Source: an uncultured Spirochaetales bacterium
Lineage (GTDB): Bacteria > Spirochaetota > Spirochaetia > JAFGXN01
Assembly: GCA_949289575.1 (NCBI GenBank)
Contig: CASEOG010000001.1
Coordinates: 105,730-169,729 of the forward strand
DNA: 64,000 nucleotides
Reading direction: 5' to 3'
A program made the translations under genes and the position numbers. The notes under the pieces are model-generated. The model did no database searches. It had not been told where the DNA came from and saw only the letters and a program-made list of their open reading frames with translations. This document shows, in pieces, positions 42,056 to 52,853 of the stretch (position 1 is the first letter of the stretch; every line of letters starts with the position of its first letter).

Positions 42056-43426
42056 TTAATATTCAAATCCGTAAACAGGCATCATCAGTGAGAAATAGAG
42101 ATCTCTGTATTGCGGAGACAGCCCGAAACCGAGCGTCTCCCCGTCTCTTCCGGCAACCGGACTCAATCCGACTTTTCCCTCTTTTGTCAGAAGCCAGGCG
42201 GCCTTCACCTTCTTATCCGTAAATGATGAGGGAATTTTTAATTTGAGAGGATCTCTGTCGTCGGGCCATAGCGAGTGACTTTTCTGCAGGCAATAAGTTT
42301 TTCCGGAACCGCAAAAAAGAACCGTTTCGGGCAATAAAATCTTATCATCGGTGACAATTTCCGTTCCGGAAAATATTTCGCTATTAATGCGAAACCAGTC
42401 GCCGATAGATTGAGCCAGCGCCAGTGATTCGTCCGAAACAATCGCATCGCTCATGACATCGAGGGAAATCAGAACCGATCCGCCTTTCTCCCAAACCGAA
42501 AGCGTCCTGTCGATAAACGATTCCCCTTCTTTATAAAGAAGCCGGTTATTAATCTGATCGACCCCCGAAAAAGTATTCAGCGAAAAGACCCACGGCCGGT
42601 TCCGCTCTCGGAGATTTCTGTCGGACGGAACCACTGTTTTATAAACATCGAAATCTCCCCACTGCCGTTTTTTACGGTTTCCCAAATAGTTATTGACAAT
42701 CAGATCGGGATTCCATGCGTACATCTGCCGCAAAAGCTTTTCGGCATCCCCGTCGCTCCACCATGGAGCCCAGTCACCGTCAAAAAAAATCATATCGGCA
42801 CCGTAATCGACAATCAGTTCTTTCAGCTGAACCGTCATGTATTCGATATACTCTTCTTTTGTTCCTTCATTCAGGACCGTATTCATTTTTACGGCATAGC
42901 GGCTTCCGTCTTTTTTATACTGTATCTGCGAAGGATGGTGCCAGTCGATAATCGAATAACCGAACCCGACCCGAATGCGGTTCGCTTTCAGAATCTCCGT
43001 CACGGTCCGCAGCCAGTCCGCTCCGGTCTCTGTATGGTCTTTAATATTGTAATCGCAGACCGACGAATCCCAAAAACAGAATCCGTCGTAATTTTTGGCG
43101 GGAAGAATGACATACGGAAGACCCGTCGCCTCTTTTAAAGCCGAGACAGCTGCCGTCAGTCTCTCTTTATCCGTCGAGAAATTCAAAGAGCGAATCATTT
43201 CCTCATACGTTTCCGGCTGCAGCGACGTTACGTAAAGAAAAAGACCGTTCTCGTTCGAAATAAAACCCTCGTAATCCCGCTGAAAAAGAATATGGGCGCC
43301 CGTTTCGATTCTGACGCCGATTTTCGAAGACTCGAGCCATGCCGTCTTCTCATCTTCGGAAAAGCCCGAAAAAGTCACGCCGAGGAACAAAAAACAGAAG
43401 AGTGAAAAAAAGAAAAACTTCCGCAT
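42056..43426 (-). CDS. Divergent GH29 alpha-L-fucosidase-like exported protein
   Basis: Signal peptide; K..DGFCFWDS, YS..DWHHP, QLKELI..YG...FFDG.W, IG.W...N.E. Confidence 0.7.
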   Translation of the reverse strand: MRKFFFFSLFCFLFLGVTFSGFSEDEKTAWLESSKIGVRIETGAHILFQRDYEGFISNENGLFLYVTSLQPETYEEMIRSLNFSTDKERLTAAVSALKEATGLPYVILPAKNYDGFCFWDSSVCDYNIKDHTETGADWLRTVTEILKANRIRVGFGYSIIDWHHPSQIQYKKDGSRYAVKMNTVLNEGTKEEYIEYMTVQLKELIVDYGADMIFFDGDWAPWWSDGDAEKLLRQMYAWNPDLIVNNYLGNRKKRQWGDFDVYKTVVPSDRNLRERNRPWVFSLNTFSGVDQINNRLLYKEGESFIDRTLSVWEKGGSVLISLDVMSDAIVSDESLALAQSIGDWFRINSEIFSGTEIVTDDKILLPETVLFCGSGKTYCLQKSHSLWPDDRDPLKLKIPSSFTDKKVKAAWLLTKEGKVGLSPVAGRDGETLGFGLSPQYRDLYFSLMMPVYGFEY

Positions 43427-43470
43427 ATCCGTTTTTATTGTAACGGCGTTTTCCGCGGAAGTCAAGAATT

Positions 43471-44118
43471 TTATTTCGGAGAGCCTGTTCTCCGTTCCGA
43501 TTCCGATTTACTCTTTTCCCATTCGCGATAGAGTTTATACTGCTGTTTGTCGAGCACGGCCCTTAAACGGCTGTTTTTTTCGTAACGAAGAAAGTTAAGT
43601 CTGATTTTTTTCTCGGTCTTTCCGAGTCCGCTATCTTCGGCAATCCGAATCTGCTTCACCCGAATATCGGTCAGCACCGCCAGCAGCAATTTTCCGCGCA
43701 CCTCTGTCGGACGGACCACTTCGGAAACGGCCTCCCATTCTTTCCGGGCCGCATATTCGGCACGGCGGAGAATCGGAACATCGACGGTCGCCGCGGCGGC
43801 GTCGGGCAGCGACTGTTCGCCGTCGCCGGTTCCGGCATCCCACACCAGCGCGTCGTCGTCAGCAGCCGTTTCCGACGCACCGGAAGACGGCGATACGACA
43901 GCCGGCTCCGACGGAGTCTCTCCGTCCGCTTCGGCCGCCGGTTCCGCTGCTTCGGACAACGGGACCGGACCGTCCGTTTCACCGGCCGTGACCGGTCCGT
44001 CCGCAGAAGCCCCGTCGGCCGTTTCGATTTCCGAATCCTCCGTTTCCGCTACGGGAATCTCCTGAGCCGATACGATAACCGCAGAAAATAAAAGCCAAAG
44101 AAAAATCGATTTTTTCAT
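43471..44118 (-). CDS. Exported hypothetical protein with acidic low-complexity N-half and helical C-terminus
   Basis: [20 protein letters not shown] signal peptide; ATGA overlap with the thiC stop; RBS GGGAG. Confidence 0.7.
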   Translation of the reverse strand: MKKSIFLWLLFSAVIVSAQEIPVAETEDSEIETADGASADGPVTAGETDGPVPLSEAAEPAAEADGETPSEPAVVSPSSGASETAADDDALVWDAGTGDGEQSLPDAAAATVDVPILRRAEYAARKEWEAVSEVVRPTEVRGKLLLAVLTDIRVKQIRIAEDSGLGKTEKKIRLNFLRYEKNSRLRAVLDKQQYKLYREWEKSKSESERRTGSPK

Positions 44119-45392
44119 AAAAACTCCCGGCTCCGCTTCATCGGGCACAAATCGCCGCACATGGTGCAGACATGTTCTTCGTGCGGCATCGATGATTTGC
44201 GGTATTCGATTGCTTTGTCTCTGTCCATCGCACAGTCGAGCATTTCGGGCCAGTTCAGGTTTCCGCGCGCCGTTCCCATCCGGTGATCCCAGTCGACCGC
44301 ACCGGGAACGCCTTTGGCAATATCGGCCGCATGTGCCGCGATTTTCGATGCCATAATGCCTTCTTTGACGTCCGCCTCGTCGGGGAGACGCAGGTGCTCG
44401 GCCGGGGTGACATAACAGAGAAAGTCGGCGCCCGCGGCCGCGGCGATGGCGCCGCCGATGGCCGAAGTGATATGATCGTAACCGGGAGCCACATCGGTGA
44501 CCAGCGGCCCGAGCACGTAAAACGGCGCCCCGTGACACAGCTTCTTTTCAATCAGCATGTTGGCGGCAATTTCGTTCATGGCCATGTGCCCGGGGCCTTC
44601 AATCATCACCTGAACATTCCGTTCCCACGCCCGTTTCGTCAATTCGCCCAAAATCACCAGTTCGGTCACCTGCGGTGCGTCTGTTGCATCTTTCAATGAG
44701 CCCGGACGCAAACCGTCGCCGAGACTCAACGTCACATCGTAACGCCCGCAGATATCCAAAAGCCGGTCAAAATCTTCGTAAAACGGATTCTCTTTGCCGT
44801 TTCGCTTCATCCACTCATATAAAATGGAACCGCCGCGGCTGACAATACCGGTCTGACGCGGATTGCGGTCGACCCGCTCGGCTGCCGTCAGATTCAGTCC
44901 CGCATGAATCGTCAGAAAGTCGATACCGTCTTCGCAATGAAGCTCGACAACACGAAAGAGGTCCTCTTTGGTCATTGCCGCAATATTTTTGCCGTAACGG
45001 GCCACCGCATCGTACATCGGAACGGTTCCGAGCATAATCGGCAGTTTTTCGACCAGCTGTCGTCGAAACGCCTGCGTATCCCCGAATGTCGATAAATCCA
45101 TCACCGCATCGGCATTGTATTTGAGTGCCAAATCGGCTTTTCTCATCTCCATTTCACGGTTACATACATCTTCGGAAACTCCCAGATTCACATTAATCTT
45201 GGTCTTCAAACCTTTCCCGACTCCGCGGGCTTTCAGATTTTTGTGATTGCGGTTGGCCGGTACGGCAATTTCCCCCGAAGCAATCCGTTCGATTAAAAGA
45301 TCTTTGGCAATCGACTCGTATTGAAAGACATCCTCCATTTGAGGCGTCCAGATTCCCTTTTTGGCCGCATCCATTTGCGTCGTGTAATTCAT
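44115..45392 (-). CDS. thiC: Phosphomethylpyrimidine synthase
   Basis: [52 protein letters not shown]. Confidence 0.97.
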   Translation of the reverse strand: MNYTTQMDAAKKGIWTPQMEDVFQYESIAKDLLIERIASGEIAVPANRNHKNLKARGVGKGLKTKINVNLGVSEDVCNREMEMRKADLALKYNADAVMDLSTFGDTQAFRRQLVEKLPIMLGTVPMYDAVARYGKNIAAMTKEDLFRVVELHCEDGIDFLTIHAGLNLTAAERVDRNPRQTGIVSRGGSILYEWMKRNGKENPFYEDFDRLLDICGRYDVTLSLGDGLRPGSLKDATDAPQVTELVILGELTKRAWERNVQVMIEGPGHMAMNEIAANMLIEKKLCHGAPFYVLGPLVTDVAPGYDHITSAIGGAIAAAAGADFLCYVTPAEHLRLPDEADVKEGIMASKIAAHAADIAKGVPGAVDWDHRMGTARGNLNWPEMLDCAMDRDKAIEYRKSSMPHEEHVCTMCGDLCPMKRSREFL

Positions 45393-46429
45393 TGATTCCT
45401 CCCGAACTGTTTTATTTTTTCATTGAGTGCACCGACCATTGCTTTCACATCATCCGCTCCGACAATTTCGGAAACAAGAGCGATATGTCTGACCGGATAT
45501 TTTAAGACTTCATCGATATTGTTTAATTTGATCCCGCCGATCGCCACATACGGCAGCGTCACATTTCGGGAAACATAATTTAAATAATCGAGACCGACGG
45601 GCGCGCAGACATCGTCTTTCGTAAACGTCTGAAAAATCGGTCCGCACCCGATATAATCGATATCGCAGCGCATTGCCGCCTGTGCCTGATCCGGATTATG
45701 GGTCGAAAGACCGATGATAGCGGTATCGCCCATGATGCGCCGGACATCCGCCGGATTCCAGTCGTCCTGTCCGATATGAACTCCGTCGGCCTCGCACAAA
45801 AGAGCCAAATCGGGATGGTCGTTGACAATAAAAACAACTCCGGCATCGGCCGTTATTTTCCGGATTTCTTTCGCTTCGGCCGCTTTTTCTTTCATGGTGC
45901 GGTATTTCTCGCGGTATTGAATAACCCGAATACCGGCGTCGACCATCTCCCGAACCGACCGGACGTTTCCTTTCCCGTTGGCAAACTTTTCGGCCGTTAT
46001 CCCGTAAAGTCCCTCCGGGAGACGCCTCAAAACGGCCGCCGTCACCTTTTTTTCCAGTGTATATGAACGGAAACGCAGCGCTTCGGCTTTTTTGGCCTCT
46101 TCGTAAAAGCCGTTTCCTTTCAGCGACTCTTCCAAAACCCGCAGCGCCTCCTGAATCCGCTTGCTGTTGGCCGCAATCACCGACGGCAGCCCGCAACGCC
46201 CGTCGTCGGCAGCGGCACGGCTGACCGGCACTCCGACATCGGTCTCCGAATCGCGGGAAGCAATCAGCTGCGCCATCCGCGGCGCAAACAGTGTCCGCAA
46301 ATCATGACGCAGCGAACGGCATTCCCGCGTCAGATCTTCCCGATTCAAATCGAAACGAACCGTGTCCTCGAGAACGCGAACCCCTTCGCAGGCACGGTTT
46401 AAATTGGCATCTGTTTTTCGGTAATCCAT
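45389..46429 (-). CDS. thiE: Thiamine-phosphate synthase with N-terminal ThiD2-like extension
   Basis: DANLNRA.EG.RVLED extension; [28 protein letters not shown]. Confidence 0.93.
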   Translation of the reverse strand: MDYRKTDANLNRACEGVRVLEDTVRFDLNREDLTRECRSLRHDLRTLFAPRMAQLIASRDSETDVGVPVSRAAADDGRCGLPSVIAANSKRIQEALRVLEESLKGNGFYEEAKKAEALRFRSYTLEKKVTAAVLRRLPEGLYGITAEKFANGKGNVRSVREMVDAGIRVIQYREKYRTMKEKAAEAKEIRKITADAGVVFIVNDHPDLALLCEADGVHIGQDDWNPADVRRIMGDTAIIGLSTHNPDQAQAAMRCDIDYIGCGPIFQTFTKDDVCAPVGLDYLNYVSRNVTLPYVAIGGIKLNNIDEVLKYPVRHIALVSEIVGADDVKAMVGALNEKIKQFGRNQ

Positions 46430-46430
46430 A

Positions 46431-46982
46431 CTATTCCTTTTCGAACCTTTTCAGGATTTCGTTTGCCATTAAAGCGGCAATCATGGTCACTTTCGGACCG
46501 CGCGGCGGCTGCCGGTCGGTATCGCTGCTCCCGTCGCCGAAGAGCACCAGTCGGCCGCCGACCACGGTGCGGGCGACCGATTCGGTTGAGAGGCCGCCGA
46601 TTCCGTTGGCCCCGACCGCAAAGCGTCCGTCGGGAAGGAAGGTTTCGGCAAACCACCGTTTTGCCTCTTTGTTATCGAAACCTTCCGCCAGTACCGTGCA
46701 GTCGGCAAAAATCTCCCGTGCCCGCTGCGGCGTCAGTTTTTCGTTATACAGCGACAGCTGCAAAGAAGGCTCGATGCGACGCAGGTTTTCGGCAAGCGCA
46801 CCGGTTTTCGGCTGCCCCAGCTGATCGCGGAAAAAAAACTGCCGGTTCAGATTGCTTTCGCCGACCACATCGAAATCGGCCAGCACAAAACGGCGGAACC
46901 CGGACCGGACCAGAAGCATGGCGGTATTGCCGCCGATACCGCCGCAGCCGGCAATTCCGATAAGTGCTTCGCTTTTTGTCAT
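46431..46982 (-). CDS. thiF: ThiS adenylyltransferase (short form)
   Basis: GIAGCGGIG, ADFDVV..SNLNRQ, G.PK. Confidence 0.9.
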   Translation of the reverse strand: MTKSEALIGIAGCGGIGGNTAMLLVRSGFRRFVLADFDVVGESNLNRQFFFRDQLGQPKTGALAENLRRIEPSLQLSLYNEKLTPQRAREIFADCTVLAEGFDNKEAKRWFAETFLPDGRFAVGANGIGGLSTESVARTVVGGRLVLFGDGSSDTDRQPPRGPKVTMIAALMANEILKRFEKE

Positions 46983-48094
46983 ACCAGCTGCCACCAGTCT
47001 TTATAAACAGGCGTGAAGCCCTCTTCCTTCAGCATCGCCGCGACCTCCTCGACACTTCTCTCGTCGCTGATCTCAAACTGCTCGTCGGAAGGATTGTCCC
47101 CGCTGTACCCGCCGACATCGGTTTTGCTGCCGCCGGACATTTTGGTAATCCCCAAACCGACAATGTGATTGCGGAATTCGGGGGCTTCCCGGGTCGAAAC
47201 GTTCAGACCGACCCGCGGCAGAAAGAGGCGGAACGCCACCATCAGCTTGACAAAATCGGTATCATCGACAATCTTGGTAATCGGAAACGTTTCGGGCGCT
47301 TTTTTGATACGGGGAACCGAAAGCGTCACTTCCGTATCGGGATAATGATGCAGCAAATAGGAGGCGTGCATCGCCGAGAAAAAACCGTCCCTCATCGGAT
47401 TGCCCAATCCGAACAGGGCACCGATACCGATCACACGCAGTCCGGCTTTCGCCCCACGCTCCGGTGTATCCAGACGAAAACGGTAATCTTTTTTCGGTCC
47501 GTAGAGATGAAGCCGGTCATAAACCGCTTCGTCATAAGTCTCCTGATAAATCGTCAGTCCGTCGACCCCGATCGCTTTCAGTTCGGCATACTGCTCACAG
47601 CTCAGCGGATAGACTTCCACCGAAACCGAATCGAAATATTTTTTCAGAATGGCGGCTGCTTCTTTGAGATAGGCAAAATCGGATTTCCCCGGAGCCTCCC
47701 CCGTCAGCATCAGAATATGACGCACCTGGGATTTGGAAATCTCCGCCGCTTCCTTTTCGATCTCGTCAAGCGTCAGCTGCCGCCGTTTGATTTTATTCAG
47801 ACTCGAAAAGCCGCAGTAAACACAGCCGTTACAGCAGTAATTGGCCAGATAAATCGGCTGATAGAGACTGACCACACGGCCGAAATAGTGACGGGTCAGT
47901 TTCTGAGCCAGAACCGCCATTTCTTCGAGATGTTCGTCGCCCCGGGGAGAGAGAAAATTCAGCAGATCGAACCCGGTACACCGCTCTTCTTCGGCATGAT
48001 GCATCGATTTCCGGAACATCTCCTCGGTCACTCCGGCAAAGTAGCCTTCGAAATCAAAATCTCTGTATTGTTCGATAACGGAATAAAACGACAT
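46979..48094 (-). CDS. thiH: 2-iminoacetate synthase (radical SAM)
   Basis: PIYLANYCCNGCVYCGF, YQETY, LNVSTRE, GS.T.VGGY, QFEISDER, YKDW. Confidence 0.96.
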   Translation of the reverse strand: MSFYSVIEQYRDFDFEGYFAGVTEEMFRKSMHHAEEERCTGFDLLNFLSPRGDEHLEEMAVLAQKLTRHYFGRVVSLYQPIYLANYCCNGCVYCGFSSLNKIKRRQLTLDEIEKEAAEISKSQVRHILMLTGEAPGKSDFAYLKEAAAILKKYFDSVSVEVYPLSCEQYAELKAIGVDGLTIYQETYDEAVYDRLHLYGPKKDYRFRLDTPERGAKAGLRVIGIGALFGLGNPMRDGFFSAMHASYLLHHYPDTEVTLSVPRIKKAPETFPITKIVDDTDFVKLMVAFRLFLPRVGLNVSTREAPEFRNHIVGLGITKMSGGSKTDVGGYSGDNPSDEQFEISDERSVEEVAAMLKEEGFTPVYKDWWQLV

Positions 48095-48095
48095 T

Positions 48096-48878
48096 TCAGT
48101 CCTCTTTTTTTCGCAGGAAACCGGTCAGCGGGCTGGAGGCGACCGCATAACGGGATTCTTCGGCCAAATGTGCCAGATACGCCATGCGTCCGGCCCTCAC
48201 CGCCAGAGAAAAGGCTTCTCCCATGCCGACCGGATCATCGGCGGCGGAAATCGCGGTATTGACCAGACAGGCCGCCGCCCCCATCTCCATGGCCTCCGCC
48301 GCCTGCGAGGGACGGCCGATACCGGCATCGACAATCACCGGCAACGAGGTGTTTTCCATGATCATTTCGATAAACGGCCGGCTCAAAATTCCGCGGTTGC
48401 TGCCGATCGGAGAACCGAGCGGCATGACCGCCGCCGCCCCCGCATCCTCGAGCCGCCTGGCCGCCACAAAATCGGGCATCATGTACGGCAAAACAACGAA
48501 GCCTTCTTTGGCCAGAATGGCGGTCGCCTTCGCTGTCTCCGCGTTATCCGGCATCAGATAGCGGGAGTCGTTGATAATTTCGATTTTGATAAAATTGCCG
48601 CAGCCGGCCTCGCGTGCGATGCGGGCAATTTTTACCGCCTCTTCGCAATTCCGGGCGCCCGAAGTGTTGGGCAGCAGCGTAACGCTTTTCGGAATAAAAT
48701 TGAGTATATTTTCCTGCGGAAATTTGAAATCGACCCGACGCAGCGCAACCGTAATCATCTGCGAACCGCTGGCCTCGAGCATCGGAATAATATCTTCATT
48801 ACGGGCAAATTTACCCGTTCCGGTAAACAGACGGTTGGTAAAAACTTTTCCGCCCAAAATCAGTTCATCGCCGGCCAT
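48096..48878 (-). CDS. thiG: Thiazole synthase
   Basis: [36 protein letters not shown]. Confidence 0.97.
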   Translation of the reverse strand: MAGDELILGGKVFTNRLFTGTGKFARNEDIIPMLEASGSQMITVALRRVDFKFPQENILNFIPKSVTLLPNTSGARNCEEAVKIARIAREAGCGNFIKIEIINDSRYLMPDNAETAKATAILAKEGFVVLPYMMPDFVAARRLEDAGAAAVMPLGSPIGSNRGILSRPFIEMIMENTSLPVIVDAGIGRPSQAAEAMEMGAAACLVNTAISAADDPVGMGEAFSLAVRAGRMAYLAHLAEESRYAVASSPLTGFLRKKED

Positions 48879-48880
48879 TT

Positions 48881-49081
48881 TCAGCCTCCCGAAACAAAAC
48901 GGACCGCTTCCACACTGTCGCCCTCTTTCAGCACAACAGACGCTCTTTTTTCGGCCGGAATAACGGTATCGTTGACCAGAATCACGAACTCCCCTTCCGT
49001 TTCCAGCTCTTCGCTGATAAACTCGGCGACCGTCATTTCCCGTTCCAGCTCGAACGGTTCGTCATTTACCAGAATTGTCAT
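48881..49081 (-). CDS. thiS: Sulfur carrier protein
   Basis: 66 aa ending in [16 protein letters not shown]; ATG at 49081 behind GGAGG. Confidence 0.93.
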   Translation of the reverse strand: MTILVNDEPFELEREMTVAEFISEELETEGEFVILVNDTVIPAEKRASVVLKEGDSVEAVRFVSGG

Positions 49082-49096
49082 ATTCTTTTCCTCCGT

Positions 49097-49128
49097 AAAA
49101 CAAAAACGCACCCGAATGCAGGTGCGCT
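49097..49128 (-). terminator. Riboswitch expression-platform terminator
   Basis: Minus strand GCGCACCTG-catt-CGGGTGCGT-TTTTGTTTT between the aptamer and the thiS RBS. Confidence 0.8.
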
Positions 49129-49135
49129 TTGCGGT

Positions 49136-49222
49136 TACTTTCCCTTCGCCGGCATTACCCGATTCAGGTTCAAAGAGTTGGCCTTCGCCTCTCAGCCGCT
49201 GTGCGGCACCCCCAGTCCGATA
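49136..49222 (-). ncRNA. TPP riboswitch
   Basis: Minus strand GGGGTGC...GCTGAGA...CTTTGAACCTGAATCGGGTAATGCCGGCGAAGGGA upstream of the thi operon. Confidence 0.95.
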
Positions 49223-49253
49223 CTCCGGCCGAAACCGGATTTTATGTTAAATA

Positions 49254-49285
49254 AAAAAGGATCGCTGACAGAAAGCGACCCTTTT
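49254..49285 (-). terminator. Intrinsic terminator after rpmB
   Basis: Minus strand GGGTCGCT...AGCGATCC followed by a T-run. Confidence 0.75.
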
Positions 49286-49293
49286 CCGTCCGA

Positions 49294-49518
49294 CTACTCG
49301 GTCTTCATGCACGATTTCAGACACTTCATGCAGACTTTGATTTTCTGCGGTTTTCCTCCGATATCGGCCGTTACCTTGATCAGATTCGGTCTGAATACTC
49401 TCTTTGTTTTGACGCCGATATGCTGTCCGGCTCCGCCTTTCTTTTTCGGCTGTCCTTTCCGGGGCACATTATTTCCCGCTACCGTTCCTTTTCCGCAAAT
49501 TTCACATCTTCTGGCCAT
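49294..49518 (-). CDS. rpmB: 50S ribosomal protein L28
   Basis: MARRCEICGKG...GNNV, TKRVFRPNL, KVCMKCLK; spirochaete-like insert PRKGQPKKKGGAG. Confidence 0.95.
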   Translation of the reverse strand: MARRCEICGKGTVAGNNVPRKGQPKKKGGAGQHIGVKTKRVFRPNLIKVTADIGGKPQKIKVCMKCLKSCMKTE

Positions 49519-49644
49519 ATCTATCCACCTGATTATTGTATTCGACTGTAAATGATTTTTTTCAAAATACCAGAAATCACGATTTTTGTAAAGAGTTACG
49601 AATAAATAAATTGCTTTTTTTCTTTATTTTTGTTAGTTTTACTT

Positions 49645-50094
49645 ATGTTTCAGCTGATTCTTCCGATGCCGCCTTACTGGGAGGCCGAAACACAGCAAAT
49701 CGCATCCGCTCTCTTCGCCGCAACGGGCGACTTCACCGCGGTGCAGGCGCCTTTCTGGCTTGCCGTCGCCGATCTGCCCGGGAAACCGGCAGCGCCGCCC
49801 CCCTCGAAAGCCTTTTTCCGCCTGACGGAAATCCACAACCGCCGCGGCCGCCTGATTCTCCGTTTCGAAACGGAATGCGCGCTGCCGGCCTGTTCCGGAG
49901 AAGCCGCAGCCGACACCACAATGAAAACCCGTACCGCCGAAATCGAACTGGGACCGATGCCGCACCCCTCCGATACAACCGTTTACGACCGGCTGATGCG
50001 GTTAAGCCGACGGCGTATCAAGACGGCCCCCTGCTATCTCGAAATTCTCTCCTTCATTCCCGGCCGGAAAACGGAAGCGGTTTTCCGCCGCTGA
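49645..50094 (+). CDS. Hypothetical protein
   Basis: ORF filling the rpmB-murD gap; TTGCTT-N17-TAGTTT 5 nt before the ATG. Confidence 0.5.
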   Translation: MFQLILPMPPYWEAETQQIASALFAATGDFTAVQAPFWLAVADLPGKPAAPPPSKAFFRLTEIHNRRGRLILRFETECALPACSGEAAADTTMKTRTAEIELGPMPHPSDTTVYDRLMRLSRRRIKTAPCYLEILSFIPGRKTEAVFRR

Positions 50095-50142
50095 CGGTCA
50101 ATGATACTTTACTTTTTCGAACGATTGAAGTAAGATAACCTT

Positions 50143-51453
50143 ATGAAAATAACAGTAATGGGCCTCGGCCTCAACGGAGGCGGTCTCGCTTCCGCCCTCT
50201 ATTTCGCAAAACGCGGTGACGAAGTGACCGTGACCGATTTACGCGACGAAACCGTTCTGGCTCCGGCCATCGGACAGCTGAAAGAATATCCGATCCGCTA
50301 TGTTTTGGGGCAGCACCGGGAAGAAGATTTCCGTGATGCCGACTGTGTCATTAAAAATCCGGCAGTCAAATGGAACTCTCCCTACCTGAAAGCGGCCCGA
50401 TCCGTCGAAACAGATATAACGGTTTTTTTAAGGCAGACACACAACCCTGTTACCGCCGTCACCGGCAGCAAGGGAAAATCGACGACGGTCTCGGCTTTAT
50501 ACCATATTCTGAAAGAATGCGGAAAAAATCCCCACCTCGGCGGCAATATTACCGTCTCTCCCCTCACTTTTATCGAAGAAGCCCTTGCCGACCCGGACTC
50601 ACCGGTTATTTTGGAACTTTCTTCCTGGCAGCTCGCCGATATCCGTGAAGTCGAAAAAAGAACCCGGTCGATTCTTTTGAAGCCGCAGACAGCGGTGATT
50701 ACAAACATCCTTCACGACCATCAAAACGCTTACGACTCTCTCGACGACTATGCCGCCGACAAGGCCTTCATCTACCGCAACCAGACGGAAGACGACAGAC
50801 TGATTGTTCCGTCCGACAGCTACGGACACCGCTTTGCCGCCGAAGCCCGATCGCAAATATTTTATGCGGACGAAATCTGCGATTCGATTTTACCCGAAAC
50901 CCTGATAGTTCCCGGAAACCATTCCCGCTGCAATATCCGGACCGCCGCACAGATTGCCCTGTGGGCCGGCTGTGACCCCGAATCGGTCAGCCGGGCGGCC
51001 GCCTCCTTTACGGGCGTTCCTTTCCGTCTGGAAAACAGGGGGACAGTCGGGCCTGTTACATTCTACAACGACTCGGCAGCCACTATGCCCGATGCGATGC
51101 TGGCCGCCTGCCGCAGTTTTTCCTGTCCGATCTATCTGATTACCGGAGGAACGGACAAAAATCTGATTCTCGAACCTTTCGGACAGATTCCCGACAACGT
51201 CAGACACATCTCGCTCCTTTACGGAAGCGCAACGGTTAAAGCTCTCGAAACAACGGCTCTGAAAAACCGTCCCTACGCAGGACCTTTTCATTCCATGAAA
51301 GAAGCCTTCGCGGATGCATGGGAAGCGGCCTCACGCTCTACCGAACCGGCCGTTCTTCTGCTTTCACCGGGAGGATCATCCTTTGAACTCTTTCTGAATG
51401 AATTCGACCGGGGAAGACAGTTTAACGACGAAATCCTCATTCTTAATGAGTAA
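50143..51453 (+). CDS. murD: UDP-N-acetylmuramoyl-L-alanine--D-glutamate ligase
   Basis: MGLGLNGGG, AVTGSKGKST, GGNI, LELSSWQL, YNDSAAT, LLSPG.SSF..F.NEFDRG. Confidence 0.95.
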   Translation: MKITVMGLGLNGGGLASALYFAKRGDEVTVTDLRDETVLAPAIGQLKEYPIRYVLGQHREEDFRDADCVIKNPAVKWNSPYLKAARSVETDITVFLRQTHNPVTAVTGSKGKSTTVSALYHILKECGKNPHLGGNITVSPLTFIEEALADPDSPVILELSSWQLADIREVEKRTRSILLKPQTAVITNILHDHQNAYDSLDDYAADKAFIYRNQTEDDRLIVPSDSYGHRFAAEARSQIFYADEICDSILPETLIVPGNHSRCNIRTAAQIALWAGCDPESVSRAAASFTGVPFRLENRGTVGPVTFYNDSAATMPDAMLAACRSFSCPIYLITGGTDKNLILEPFGQIPDNVRHISLLYGSATVKALETTALKNRPYAGPFHSMKEAFADAWEAASRSTEPAVLLLSPGGSSFELFLNEFDRGRQFNDEILILNE

Positions 51454-51507
51454 TTCACCCTTTTTAAGTTTATTCCCTTTTTTGCGCTTTCAGATTAAAA
51501 TACATAT

Positions 51508-51837
51508 ATGACAATCTCTGAAACGGTCAGCTCTAATATTAAACTCAGAAGGAAAGAACTGAAAATCTCCCAATCAATGCTTGCCGAAAAAACCGATTTA
51601 TCCCCCGGAATGATTGCCGGAATCGAAATTTGCAAGGTGATGCCGTCTATGGAATCACTCGGAAAAATTGCCTCCGCTCTGAAAATGAAGCCTTATCAGT
51701 TGCTGATGGATGAAGAAGATAAAAAACCGTTCAACAGGCTGCAGTTTTGTCAGGAAATCGGCTATATACTTGAAGAAGAATTCATCCGCATGGAGACAGC
51801 GGTTCGGGAGCGCATCAGGAATTTCGATTGCGAGTAA
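51508..51837 (+). CDS. XRE-family HTH transcriptional regulator
   Basis: NIK..RKEL.ISQ..LAEK.DLS...I..IE....PS...L.KIA.AL. Confidence 0.88.
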   Translation: MTISETVSSNIKLRRKELKISQSMLAEKTDLSPGMIAGIEICKVMPSMESLGKIASALKMKPYQLLMDEEDKKPFNRLQFCQEIGYILEEEFIRMETAVRERIRNFDCE

Positions 51838-52849
51838 ATTTTTTTATCCGCCTGTAATAAATCCCCCGCAATTTTTCCGCCCACCGGAAAACACGATAAA
51901 CAACGGGACGGACAGGAGCGTCATAGACACCGCTACGGTGAATCAGTGCGCCGCCGAAGCCGGTTTTAAACCGGTAGAGTCCGTGCATCGGGTGATTGGG
52001 ATCGTTTGTCGGCGGAATCCCGTAAAAATCGTATCCGGTACAGCCGCAGTCACGTGCATCGCGGATGGCCTGCCACTGCAAAAGGTAGGCGGGCATCAGA
52101 TTGCGTTTCGTATTCGAAGAAGCTCCGTACAGATATATTGCTTTTTCTTTATAAAAAAGAACGATAATACCGGCCAGAAGATCTCCTTCATGTTCGGCAA
52201 GATAGAGACGAAGTGCGGGACGTTCGTCTTTGAGCTCAATCGGAGCCCCCGTTTCCAGGACCCGGCGGTAATACGCTTCCGAATGAATGGCTATTTTATC
52301 CCGTTCGGCCGTTACCCGATAAAGACGGTACCATGCCGTCAGTTCATCGTTCGCGGCGACACGAACCGTTACCCCCGACTTTTGCGCATAACGGATGTTG
52401 TATTTTGTTTTTTTATGCATTCCCGACAGAAGAGCTTCGTCTCCGACTGTCAAATCGAGCCAAACCGTATCGGGCGGCTGAATGTACGCTGCTGCCTTTT
52501 TTAACGGCGCCCCGATACCGAAATCGAATGCGGGATCGATTCCTCCTTCCTCTTTCGAAAAAACCGTATAAAGCGGCAAATCCCATTTAACCAGAAACAG
52601 CGGCTCTCCCGTTTTCTTTTTCCAAAGGCGGCTCAGACGGATTGCTTTTTCGGCCGTAACGGGCGACCGGTCCCACCCGAACGGAACGTACCCGACAGCC
52701 AAACCACGAAAAAGTGTCCGAACCAGCAACAGAACCGCTCCTTCGCCCTCGTCAAAAACATAGGGTCTCCACCCTTCAGCAGCCTTGACTTCCGCCCAGA
52801 ACGGAGTCTGAAGAAAGGAATCGGATTCTGTCAGAACAGCTCTGTCCAT
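51815..52849 (-). CDS. FemABX family lipid II aminoacyltransferase
   Basis: FLQT.FW..VK...GW, K..YNIR.A.K.GV, YLYGASS, QWQAI, YDFYG, GLYRFKTGFGG. Confidence 0.92.
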   Translation of the reverse strand: MDRAVLTESDSFLQTPFWAEVKAAEGWRPYVFDEGEGAVLLLVRTLFRGLAVGYVPFGWDRSPVTAEKAIRLSRLWKKKTGEPLFLVKWDLPLYTVFSKEEGGIDPAFDFGIGAPLKKAAAYIQPPDTVWLDLTVGDEALLSGMHKKTKYNIRYAQKSGVTVRVAANDELTAWYRLYRVTAERDKIAIHSEAYYRRVLETGAPIELKDERPALRLYLAEHEGDLLAGIIVLFYKEKAIYLYGASSNTKRNLMPAYLLQWQAIRDARDCGCTGYDFYGIPPTNDPNHPMHGLYRFKTGFGGALIHRSGVYDAPVRPVVYRVFRWAEKLRGIYYRRIKKFTRNRNS

Positions 52850-52853
52850 AGCG

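Noticed and set aside
43471-44538. 355-aa version of the hypothetical protein
   Set aside because: The N-terminal part overlaps thiC in another frame; the signal peptide and RBS place the start at 44118
46964-49250. Long plus-strand ORFs (432 aa and 360 aa)
   Set aside because: Antisense shadows of thiH, thiG and thiS
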